Below, piece by piece: positions 1 through 6,698 of a stretch of 32,000 bases of DNA. This DNA comes from Chlamydiales bacterium. Lineage in GTDB: Bacteria > Chlamydiota > Chlamydiia > Chlamydiales > SM23-39. Under the pieces are notes generated by a model, which saw only the letters and a list, made by a program, of their open reading frames with translations, was not told the origin of the DNA and ran no database searches. The translations under genes and the position numbers were made by a program. The stretch is from contig OZ253438.1 in the NCBI GenBank assembly GCA_965261025.1, positions 330,001 to 362,000 of the forward strand. Direction: 5' to 3'. Within the stretch, counting starts at the first letter, position 1. Each line of letters begins with the position of its first letter.

Positions 1-892
1 CAAATGCGGGGTCCATACAGATAACTTCACGAGTCTTGCTGTCAAAACCAATTACAGCAAGAAGATGACCACTTTTGTAGGACTGGGCGCTACCAGTAAG
101 AGGTCCTCGTACACTGATTACTACTGGAAATCCTTCTTGTAATCTTTCCAAAATATTTTGAAACCCGGTTAACCTTTCTACCCAACACGAAATAGAGGCA
201 TCTTTTATTTGATTGTATGCTTCGGCGACATTGAAAACCCAATTCCCAAAAATATCAAAGGAAGCATCCCATACATTTTCAGCAAATTGAATAGGATCGA
301 GAGTGTCTTCATTTTTTAAGAACCTAATCACAGCTGTGGTAGATGTAGGGGAGCATAATCTATTTCCTCGTTCATCGATGAGTGCCATTTGTGATAATCC
401 ATTCACAGCTAGTTGGTAAGATTTAGTTATGTCAATGCATTGAGAAGAAACAACCATAGAATTTGGTTTGCTTGAGCAAACATGTATTGATTTAAGACCG
501 GAAATATCAGCTCCCTTTTCTGCTATTATTTTAACTTTAAACCCATTTCCCAGGGCTCCTTCAAGTGTTTCTACTGCGTCCTGATACACTCGGACTGGTA
601 GGTTTTCTAGGGTTGAAACTGTGCCTTTTTGAAAAGCATTTCCCCATGTAGCATAAAGAAGCCAGGGAGACCAGTTCCCTGTCTTAACGCTAACATAAAT
701 TGAATAGTGTCCTCGGGTTGGTCTGGAAGCGTTCCATGTAATAAGTAACTCTTCAAAAGGCGTCGTTTGTTTTTGGGCCCATATTAAGGAGTTATTTTGA
801 ATATTTTGATGTTTTACGTAATGGTGATGCATATCTGCAAACATCGAAAAAAACGGCATAAATAGCAGGAAAAAGATAGATAACAACTTCAT
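1..892 (-). CDS. Secreted cysteine peptidase with C39-like domain (3' end runs off the window)
   Basis: Absent from the ORF track because no stop lies inside the window. My own minus-strand translation from ATG 892..890 stays open to position 1. It begins MKLLSIFFLLFMPFFSMFADMHHHYVKHQ (signal-like N-terminus). It contains GNRLCSPTSTTAVIRFL (Cys nucleophile context) and SGHLLAVIGFDSKTREVICMDPAF (His context), which is the Cys..His layout of Peptidase_C39-like domains. Confidence 0.6.
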   Translation of the reverse strand, partial: MKLLSIFFLLFMPFFSMFADMHHHYVKHQNIQNNSLIWAQKQTTPFEELLITWNASRPTRGHYSIYVSVKTGNWSPWLLYATWGNAFQKGTVSTLENLPVRVYQDAVETLEGALGNGFKVKIIAEKGADISGLKSIHVCSSKPNSMVVSSQCIDITKSYQLAVNGLSQMALIDERGNRLCSPTSTTAVIRFLKNEDTLDPIQFAENVWDASFDIFGNWVFNVAEAYNQIKDASISCWVERLTGFQNILERLQEGFPVVISVRGPLTGSAQSYKSGHLLAVIGFDSKTREVICMDPAF

Positions 893-999
893 AAGGAATT
901 CCTGAAAAGACAGATCGCGATGGTAACCTCTTTAAAAATTCTTCACAAGGGTATCCTGAAATTGTCGTTTTCTCAAAAACTTTGGCAGGAGATAGGAAG

Positions 1000-1272
1000 T
1001 TAGCTAAGGAGTCTTCTTCTCCATCCTTCAGCTGTGAGAACTTTTCCTTTTGTAAGAACAACTTTTTTTGAAGAAGGAGCTTCTTTAGCAGAAGGGGGCG
1101 CTTTTTTTGAAGGCTTTTTTGGGGGAAGCGGCTCCTTTTTGGCAGGGGCTTTTTTAACTGGTTTTGCTATAGAAGCTTTTTTCTTAGTAGGGGAACTCTT
1201 TTTTTTCAAGACTCCTTTTTTCTTAGAAACTGGTTTCTTTGCTTTTTTTTTAAGCTTAGAGAAAAACCCCAT
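1000..1272 (-). CDS. hctB: Lysine-rich histone H1-like DNA-binding protein (chlamydial Hc2/HctB-like)
   Basis: The track ORF is 1000..1341. I prefer the internal ATG at 1272 (MGFFSKLKKKAKKPVSKKKGVLKKKSSPTKKKASIAKPVKKAPAKKEPLPPKKPSKKAPP...), which is preceded by AGGAAGGA. The K/A/P/S composition is typical of H1 C-terminal tails and chlamydial Hc2. The neighbourhood (holA-like, YraL-like, hemN-like) resembles the Chlamydia hctB region as I recall it. The symbol is tentative. Confidence 0.55.
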   Translation of the reverse strand: MGFFSKLKKKAKKPVSKKKGVLKKKSSPTKKKASIAKPVKKAPAKKEPLPPKKPSKKAPPSAKEAPSSKKVVLTKGKVLTAEGWRRRLLS

Positions 1273-1421
1273 AATCCTTCCTTGGGAGACAACACCGAAA
1301 AAAACAGACCCGAGGTTACTGCGAAAAAAAATCTTTGTCAATCTCGAATTGGAAGATGATTAGGATCTTGAGCTTGCGTAAGTGAATTATTCAAAGGAAA
1401 AACTTTTCAGAAAGGTAAAGA

Positions 1422-1439
1422 AGCTATAAGCTTATAGCT
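1422..1439. promoter_or_regulatory. Perfect 18-bp palindrome AGCTATAAGCTTATAGCT in the divergent hctB-like/holA intergenic region
   Basis: The sequence is its own reverse complement and ends 17 nt upstream of the holA ATG. Its right half, AAGCTTATAGC, recurs at 17825..17835 in another divergent intergenic region. Confidence 0.5.
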
Positions 1440-1456
1440 ATAGTGTCTTCGAGCGT

Positions 1457-2443
1457 ATGCGTTACGAAAATCTCCTAGCTTTTGAACGTCATTTGAAAGA
1501 GTCTAGCCCGGATCATCTTAGCCCTTGTTATTTGATTATTGTCGAAGATGAAAGGCAGAGAAAGCTTCTTTTAAGGAAAGTGGTTTCTTTTTTTCAGGTT
1601 CCTTTTCCTCAAATAGAGGAGAACTTAACTTTACCGGCATTGATAGAAAAGCTTTCTTCTAGCACTTTTTTTCAGGAAAAAGACCCTTTAGTGGCTGTGA
1701 ACTATTCAGAGTTTTTGGAAAAAAAAGAAAGAGAGGCCCTGCTAAAGTTTTTACACTCCATAAAATCGTGTCAGTTTATCTTGAGCGTTTCTTCCAAAGC
1801 TTCCTTAGGATCTTTGTACTCTTGGTTTGAAACAAAGGGTGTTATCTTAGAGATAAACTCTAAAAAAAATTTTGCTCATTGGCAAGAATGGATTCAGAGC
1901 AGAGTTTTAGAAGAGAAAAAAAGATTTACTCCAGAGAGTTTTGTTTTTCTTATGAAGGGAGGAAAAAGGACTTTTTCTTTTTGGGAAAGCTACTTAGAAA
2001 AGCTTTTTTGCTATTTAGGGGAAAAAGAAAAAATTGAAGTAGGAGATATAAAAAAGACGCTCCCTAGGGAGGAAGTACCTCTTTGGCATGTTAGTGTAAA
2101 GGCAGTTTGGGATCAACACATAGAAAAAAAAATCCTTTATCTAGAAGATAGCTCGTTTTTTCTTCTTGTATCTCTTTTTAGAAAAGAGCTTAAAATAGGG
2201 TGGAAAATGGCTCTTTTGATCCAGAATGGATCTTCTTCTCTTTCTTCCTATTTTCCTGATATGTGGCCAAAAGTATTAGAAGAAAGAAAACAAAAAGCAG
2301 CTCGTTTAGGGCCTTTTTACTTTCAAAAGGGGCTTGCCTTTCTTTTTGATATAGAATTTCTCTCAAAGGATGGTATAACGGACCTTGCGTCTTTAACGAC
2401 TCTTTTTATTGGAAAGCTACATGCCCTTGCATCTTCTGCCTAA
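1457..2443 (+). CDS. holA: DNA polymerase III delta subunit-like
   Basis: 328 aa. The N-terminus (MRYENLLAFERHLKESSPDHLSPCYLIIVEDERQ) and later blocks (EKLFCYLGEKEKIEVGDIKKTL, LWHVSVKAVWDQ) follow the HolA pattern. The length is typical. The family is weakly conserved, so confidence is moderate. Confidence 0.55.
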   Translation: MRYENLLAFERHLKESSPDHLSPCYLIIVEDERQRKLLLRKVVSFFQVPFPQIEENLTLPALIEKLSSSTFFQEKDPLVAVNYSEFLEKKEREALLKFLHSIKSCQFILSVSSKASLGSLYSWFETKGVILEINSKKNFAHWQEWIQSRVLEEKKRFTPESFVFLMKGGKRTFSFWESYLEKLFCYLGEKEKIEVGDIKKTLPREEVPLWHVSVKAVWDQHIEKKILYLEDSSFFLLVSLFRKELKIGWKMALLIQNGSSSLSSYFPDMWPKVLEERKQKAARLGPFYFQKGLAFLFDIEFLSKDGITDLASLTTLFIGKLHALASSA

Positions 2444-3125
2444 TTTGCTTAGTGAAGAACAAGATCCTTTTCTCTTTCTACCTTTACAAGTGAAAAAAGT
2501 AGTAGAAAATCTGGAGGCTCTTGTTTGTGAAAGTGAAAAGGGAGGGAGGTCCTTTTTATTTTTATTTCTCAGTCGAGAAAAGGTACAACAAATCCCTCTT
2601 TACCTACTCAATGAGCATACTGAAAAAAAGGAAATCGAGACCCTTGCTAAAACGATTTTTCAAGATAAAAAAAATTGGGGAGCGGTTTCTGATGCTGGGC
2701 TTTGCTGTCTTTCTGATCCTATGCATAAGTTGGTTTTTTTGCTGCAGAAAAAAAAGTACCCTGTTATCGCTTATGCAGGGCCTTCTGCTCCTATTTATGC
2801 TTTGATGCTTTCTGGATTTTCCGGAGAAAAGTTTTCTTATCATGGATATTTACCCAGAGAGGAACCTTTCTTAAGAAAGCAAATACTAAAATTAGAAAGA
2901 GAAAGCCAGCAAGAAAAAAGAGCTCAGATTTGGATAGAAGCTCCTTATAGAACCCAAAAAATGGCCCTTTTTTGTATTCAAACTCTTTCCCCTAAAACTT
3001 GGTTTGGTGTTTTTCAAAATTTAGAATCATCTTCCCAAAGAATAGATTTGGAGACAATCCAAGTTTGGAGACAAAAAAAAGTGCATTGGTCGAAAGCACC
3101 TGCTGTTTTTCTTCTACAAGCCTGA
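2421..3125 (+). CDS. Tetrapyrrole-methylase-fold SAM-dependent methyltransferase (RsmI/YraL-like)
   Basis: GAVSDAGLCCLSDPMHKLV...VIAYAGPSAPIYALMLSGFSGEKFSYHGYLP...IWIEAPYR aligns block for block with E. coli RsmI (ALVSDAGTPLINDPG...[29 protein letters not shown]...IFYESTHR). I prefer the ATG at 2421 to the TTG at 2409. It overlaps the holA 3' end. Confidence 0.7.
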   Translation: MPLHLLPNLLSEEQDPFLFLPLQVKKVVENLEALVCESEKGGRSFLFLFLSREKVQQIPLYLLNEHTEKKEIETLAKTIFQDKKNWGAVSDAGLCCLSDPMHKLVFLLQKKKYPVIAYAGPSAPIYALMLSGFSGEKFSYHGYLPREEPFLRKQILKLERESQQEKRAQIWIEAPYRTQKMALFCIQTLSPKTWFGVFQNLESSSQRIDLETIQVWRQKKVHWSKAPAVFLLQA

Positions 3126-3248
3126 AATTTTTTACCCAACTTATTCTTAATTAGTTAAACAGAAAAATATCGAGAGAGAAAAAAACCTTCTAGCCAAATT
3201 GAGGGAAAATCTGTTAAGAGGGCGTTAAAGGGATTTGGAGGAAGAGTA

Positions 3249-3668
3249 ATGATAGAAAAAGGGAAGCAGATTTCTTTAGAGTATTCCGTTTTTTCTGAAA
3301 ATGGGAATCTAGTAGATAGTAATGTGGGAGAAGAACCTCTTATTTTCAATTTAGGCACCCATCAAATTTTACCTGCTCTAGAAGAAGTAATTCAAGAGCT
3401 GGAAGAAGGCTCTTCTAGAAGGGTTATCTTAGAACCTGACCAAGCTTTTGGAACGGTTGACCCAGAAGCTTTTCGAGAGGTAGAAGCAAGCGCTATCCCA
3501 GAAGAGCTCCGTTATGAAGGGGCTGTTTTAGGGGTTCAGGATGAAAGGGGAAACCAGTATCGTATTCGAATTCATAGATTGGAAGGGGAGAAAGCAGTGA
3601 TTGATTTTAATCATCCTTTAGCAGGACAAACTCTTGTCTTTGAGATGAAAATCATTGCTGTGAAGTAA
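3249..3668 (+). CDS. slyD: FKBP-type peptidyl-prolyl cis-trans isomerase (SlyD/FkpB type)
   Basis: 139 aa. It has KQISLEYSVFSENGNLVDS, LIFNLGTHQILPALEEVIQELEEG and the diagnostic DFNHPLAGQTLVFEMKIIAV. The SD GGAGGAAG lies upstream. Confidence 0.85.
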   Translation: MIEKGKQISLEYSVFSENGNLVDSNVGEEPLIFNLGTHQILPALEEVIQELEEGSSRRVILEPDQAFGTVDPEAFREVEASAIPEELRYEGAVLGVQDERGNQYRIRIHRLEGEKAVIDFNHPLAGQTLVFEMKIIAVK

Positions 3669-3710
3669 TTTTTTCCTTTTTCTTTCTTTGTTCTTTTTTT
3701 CTTCTTCTTT
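3669..3710 (+). repeat. 42-nt polypyrimidine (T/C) tract with a single G
   Basis: The sequence ttttttcctttttctttctttGttctttttttcttcttcttt lies directly after the slyD stop codon. Confidence 0.8.
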
Positions 3711-3711
3711 G

Positions 3712-3756
3712 GGAAAAATACCTTTTTTCCGATAAGCTTCTAGAAGGTATTTTTCC
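3712..3756. repeat. Perfect 13-bp inverted repeat (GGAAAAATACCTT / AAGGTATTTTTCC) with a 19-nt loop
   Basis: The arms are 3712..3724 and 3744..3756. It ends 12 nt before the ATG of the 3769 gene. No U-run follows on either strand, so it is not a classic terminator. Confidence 0.7.
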
Positions 3757-3768
3757 AAGAGAGGTTTC

Positions 3769-4386
3769 ATGAAGAAATTATTCGTTGTCTTGTTCCTTTT
3801 AGGAGTCCTTTATGGGTTTTTCTTTTCCTCTTATGGGTTTCAAGGGGGAAGAAATGCTTTTTTATCACAAAAGGAGGAAAAAATATTTCCTGCTTTTCTT
3901 CAGGAAGAGGTTTCTCCAGAGAAAAATCCCTCTCTTTTGAAAGTTCGGTTTTTTGGGGAAGGAGAGGAAAGGCAAGGTTATGAAAACAGACTTTTTTCGA
4001 AGGAAGCTCCCTTTTTTCTAGAAAGTATACAAGAAATAGAAGAAGTATTTTTAGATCAAGTTTTGGATCAGGTTGCAGAAAGCGAGGCCTTTTCTATTTT
4101 TCAACAAGTTTATGAGGTCTTACCTAATTTAGGAAAAATTCGCTTGTATCAAAAGGATACTTCTCTTCTCTTTCAAAATTTGATACAGGAGGAAGTATCT
4201 TTTGAGAAAAAGTTTGCCTCTCTTAAAAGCTTTTCTCAAAGGTATGAGAGCATTTGGTCTTTAAAAAAGATAGAAGAAAGTCTGCAAGAGCGTGGTTTTT
4301 CCAATATAGAGGTTTCTCTCGGAGGAGAATTTATAGAGATTGTAGCTGAAAAAAAGCAAATAGCTGCATTTCTTGGGGCAATTTAA
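3769..4386 (+). CDS. Hypothetical protein with N-terminal signal/anchor
   Basis: 205 aa. It begins MKKLFVVLFLLGVLYGFFFSSYGF and has no recognisable domain. Confidence 0.5.
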   Translation: MKKLFVVLFLLGVLYGFFFSSYGFQGGRNAFLSQKEEKIFPAFLQEEVSPEKNPSLLKVRFFGEGEERQGYENRLFSKEAPFFLESIQEIEEVFLDQVLDQVAESEAFSIFQQVYEVLPNLGKIRLYQKDTSLLFQNLIQEEVSFEKKFASLKSFSQRYESIWSLKKIEESLQERGFSNIEVSLGGEFIEIVAEKKQIAAFLGAI

Positions 4387-4422
4387 CCTTTTTTTGCTTT
4401 AGATTGCTTATTTATTAGGAAG

Positions 4423-5556
4423 TTAAATGAGTTCGGATGCTATTTCATCATGAAAAAAAAGGCCTTTTTCTGTAAGCCTCCAGCTTAGGGCTTCTTCTAA
4501 AAGCAAGCCTTTATCTGAAAGGGATTGGAGTTTTTTTTGGAAGGTTTTTTCTCCTAAGAGGGAGGGAAAAGAATCTTTTGCAACTCCCTCTATCATTCTC
4601 AATTTCAAACAAAAAAGCTCTCTTTGTCTTTCAGGGTTAGGAAGAATATCTTTATATTCTAAGGGAATTTTTTTTTGTGTAAGAAGTTTGTGGTATCTTA
4701 AGATAGAAGGAAGATTTTTGGTTCGGATTCCTTCAAAAAAGCTGGAAGCCGAAGGGCCAAATCCTAAAAAATCTCTTCCTGTCCAGTACCCTATGTTATG
4801 CTTCGAAAAAAAATTTTTTTTACAAAAGGCAGAGATTTCATAGTGAGAAAAGTCCTCTTTTAAAATCGTAAAGGCTTCTCGGAGCATGAATAAGCTGTCT
4901 TTAGAAGAAGGGAGCTTTTTTTTTATCTCATCTCGATACTTATAAAATGCAGTGTGAGGCTCTATGGTTAGGTTGTATAAAGAAAGGTGTGTGATAGGAA
5001 GACTTTTTATATTTTGTAAAGAGCGGTAAAAGGAGTGTTTGCTTTGCAGAGGAATATCATACATTAAGTCCACAGAGATATTAAAAACGCCTTTTTCTAC
5101 TAAAGTATCGATAATTTCAATAGCCCGTAAGGGACTATGACTTCTTCCTAAGAAGGAAAGCTCTTTTTGTTCGAAAGATTGGATTCCAAGACTGAATCGA
5201 TTTATTCCTAATTTTTGAAAAAAGGCTATTTTTGAAGCATCCAAGCTATCAGGATTAGCTTCTAAGGTAATTTCTAGATCACTTGCCAGATCTAACGATT
5301 CTTTTTGAATCCAGGATAATACCATCTCTACTCCTTCTGGGAATAAAGAAGGAGTTCCTCCTCCAAAATAGATGGATACTATTCTTCTTCCCTTTAGCTT
5401 TGCCTTTTGCAAAGACCATTCTAGAAAAAGAGCCTCTTGTAGAAGCTTTTTATGGAATATTCGAGGAGGGATTACGTAGAAATGGCAGTAAGGACATTTT
5501 TTTTCACAAAAGGGGATATGAAAATAAAGACTAACTGGGTTACCAGTTATCGGCAT
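4423..5556 (-). CDS. hemW: Radical SAM protein of the HemN/HemW family (oxygen-independent coproporphyrinogen III oxidase-like / heme chaperone)
   Basis: LYFHIPFCEKKCPYCHFY carries the CxxxCxxC cluster, followed by GGGTPS and other HemN/W blocks. The track start at 5679 would overlap the upstream gene by 140 nt. The ATG at 5556 (MPITGNPVSLYFHIPFC) gives the usual short N-terminus and a HemW-like length of about 378 aa. Confidence 0.8.
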   Translation of the reverse strand: MPITGNPVSLYFHIPFCEKKCPYCHFYVIPPRIFHKKLLQEALFLEWSLQKAKLKGRRIVSIYFGGGTPSLFPEGVEMVLSWIQKESLDLASDLEITLEANPDSLDASKIAFFQKLGINRFSLGIQSFEQKELSFLGRSHSPLRAIEIIDTLVEKGVFNISVDLMYDIPLQSKHSFYRSLQNIKSLPITHLSLYNLTIEPHTAFYKYRDEIKKKLPSSKDSLFMLREAFTILKEDFSHYEISAFCKKNFFSKHNIGYWTGRDFLGFGPSASSFFEGIRTKNLPSILRYHKLLTQKKIPLEYKDILPNPERQRELFCLKLRMIEGVAKDSFPSLLGEKTFQKKLQSLSDKGLLLEEALSWRLTEKGLFFHDEIASELI

Positions 5557-5983
5557 CAGGATCTTCCATGACCCCTCTTTTCCAACGATTTTTATCGGAG
5601 AAAGGGTCTTCATCATCTTCTTCAAAAAAAGTGGGCTCCTCTCCTGCCTCTGTTTCTTCAAAGGTTGTTTCAGAATCATATTCTGTAGACATATCTAGTC
5701 CCACCTCGGAGGCATCACCCGCATCAATATCGGGTAAAGTAGGAGAGTCTGCAAAGGCTTGTCTAGCCGGAGAACGTTTGGGAGCTACATACTCTTCTAG
5801 CTCTCCATTTTCTTTCAAAAAGCGAAGTCTATCTTTTTCTTCTTCAATTCTTTCTTTTATAGAAGAGATTTCCCCTTTGTGTTTTTCCAGTTCTTTCTTA
5901 GGTACAAGCCCTAATTTTAACCATTGTTCTAAGTCCTCTAGTTCTACTTCCAATTTTTTGAGACGTTCACTTTTTGTGCTCAT
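5540..5983 (-). CDS. Hypothetical coiled-coil protein with a highly acidic disordered tail
   Basis: 147 aa. MSTKSERLKKLEVELEDLEQWLKLG... is followed by a D/E/T-rich tail ending in EDPDADNW. It is co-directional with the hemW-like gene and overlaps its start. GGAGG/AGGTAG lie upstream of the ATG. Confidence 0.55.
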   Translation of the reverse strand: MSTKSERLKKLEVELEDLEQWLKLGLVPKKELEKHKGEISSIKERIEEEKDRLRFLKENGELEEYVAPKRSPARQAFADSPTLPDIDAGDASEVGLDMSTEYDSETTFEETEAGEEPTFFEEDDEDPFSDKNRWKRGVMEDPDADNW

Positions 5984-6099
5984 TTTCTACCTGATAACCT
6001 CCGCTTTATTTCAGAAATGGTTTCTTCTTGGTTAATACTTTGCCCCTCATTTTTTGAAAAGAACTTTCTGGATAGGGAGCCCTCCTCGCAACCGGCGCC

Positions 6100-6203
6100 C
6101 GAAGGTTAATAAAAAGGTCAGGTTTTAGTCAAGAAGGAAAAGCAGGCCTTTTGTCCTTCGTAAAATTCAAAAATAAGCTTTTGATGCTTAGGCAAGCATT
6201 TTT
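6100..6203 (+). ncRNA. Candidate small RNA: 61-nt hairpin with SRP-RNA domain-IV-like internal loop, then a terminator hairpin
   Basis: CGAAGG (6100..6105) pairs with CCTTCG (6155..6160). AAAAGGTC (6112..6119) pairs with GGCCTTTT (6145..6152). These stems flank GGUCAGG...AGCAGGCC, which matches the E. coli 4.5S strings GGUCAGG...AGCAGCC. The apical loop is large rather than a GNRA tetraloop. Downstream, ATGCTT-AGGC-AAGCAT followed by TTTT lies at 6184..6203. No plus-strand CDS is nearby. Confidence 0.3.
6184..6203 (+). terminator. Intrinsic terminator-like hairpin (6-bp stem, AGGC loop, T-run)
   Basis: The sequence is ATGCTTaggcAAGCATtttt. The T-run exists only in the plus orientation. Confidence 0.4.
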
Positions 6204-6320
6204 GATTCAGATGATAAGAGTTGACTTTTCAGACGTGGCAAAGGTTTTTGGAAAAAAGTAGGGGTAAAAGCAATAGGTAAGCTTCTTAATTCAGAGCGAT
6301 CCAGTTATCTGTACTCCTTC

Positions 6321-6482
6321 TTAGGAGGCCTCCTCTCTTAAAATTTCCAAGGCGGCATCTTTTAACGTGGCGAGCCCTTCTTCGAAGCCGCATTGTAATA
6401 AAAGATCATTTAACTGACTAATCTCTGTTTCTAGATAGTCAAGGCGACTTTCTAGCTGAGCGATTCTCTTTTGAGAGTTCAT
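6321..6482 (-). CDS. Small coiled-coil protein, SlyX-like (53 aa; below the ORF-track cutoff)
   Basis: My translation is MNSQKRIAQLESRLDYLETEISQLNDLLLQCGFEEGLATLKDAALEILREEAS*. The SD AGGAGG lies 5 nt upstream of the ATG (aaaAGGAGGgtaatATG). RIAQLESRLDYLETEISQLN resembles E. coli SlyX [20 protein letters not shown]. Confidence 0.55.
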   Translation of the reverse strand: MNSQKRIAQLESRLDYLETEISQLNDLLLQCGFEEGLATLKDAALEILREEAS

Positions 6483-6643
6483 ATTACCCTCCTTTTAAGG
6501 GACTTACTTAATTATTATTGTTTTATTAATATTGGGTTACCCTAATAAGTAAGATAAAATAACCCTATTCGTTAATGATAAATCATTTACAATTAAAAGT
6601 CAATATAAAACTAGTTATATTAACGACTTAATATAAAAAACAT

Positions 6644-6672
6644 TTGACTTTTATTAAAAAAACTGGTACAAT
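6644..6672 (+). promoter_or_regulatory. Sigma70-type promoter with extended -10 (TTGACT-17-TGgTACAAT)
   Basis: -35 TTGACT is at 6644..6649 and TGg plus TACAAT at 6664..6672. It lies inside an AT-rich island, 27 nt upstream of the 6699 ATG. Confidence 0.5.
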
Positions 6673-6698
6673 CTCTTTAAGTTAATTAGAGAGATAAA

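Noticed and set aside
792-1061. 89-aa minus-strand ORF from the track
   Set aside because: It overlaps both the 3' end of the histone-like gene and the signal-peptide start of the C39-like peptidase, which is in another frame and has clear domain motifs. It has no recognisable features.
1034-1363. 109-aa plus-strand ORF (F/G/E-rich)
   Set aside because: It is an exact antisense mirror of the lysine-rich histone-like gene, since AAA/AAG codons read as TTT/CTT on the other strand. It is a low-complexity artefact with no SD.
2521-2843. Overlapping 94-aa (+) and 79-aa (-) ORFs
   Set aside because: Both lie inside the methyltransferase gene, which has strong family motifs in its own frame. They are alternative-frame noise in AT-rich DNA. 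The same reasoning applies to the short internal ORFs at 3155, 5283, 6977, 7928, 7936, 8280, 10198, 11689, 11740, 12225, 13474, 13646, 16359-17255, 17982, 20311, 22596, 22609, 23649, 25683, 25775, 26603, 26961, 27396-28483, 29388 and 30422.
3728-3735. TCCGATAA resembling the sigma28 -10 element (GCCGATAA) used by chlamydial late genes
   Set aside because: No TAAAGTTT-like -35 lies at 11-12 nt spacing; the upstream sequence is TTGGGAAA/TTTGGGAA. The motif also sits in the loop of a hairpin. I kept it only as a remark.
5568-6035. 155-aa Ser-rich plus-strand ORF
   Set aside because: It is antisense to the acidic coiled-coil gene, and poly-Ser arises from reading GAA/GAG-rich sequence backwards. 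The minus-strand frame has a sensible coiled coil, an SD and coupling to hemW.
6071-6099. GC-rich segment GGGAGCCCTCCTCGCAACCGGCGCCC as the 5' arm of a full-length 4.5S RNA (it resembles E. coli CUCCCGCAAC)
   Set aside because: No complementary 3' arm exists downstream of the hairpin; the sequence there is A/U-rich. A canonical closed SRP helix therefore cannot be drawn. I retained only the shorter hairpin as a low-confidence candidate.
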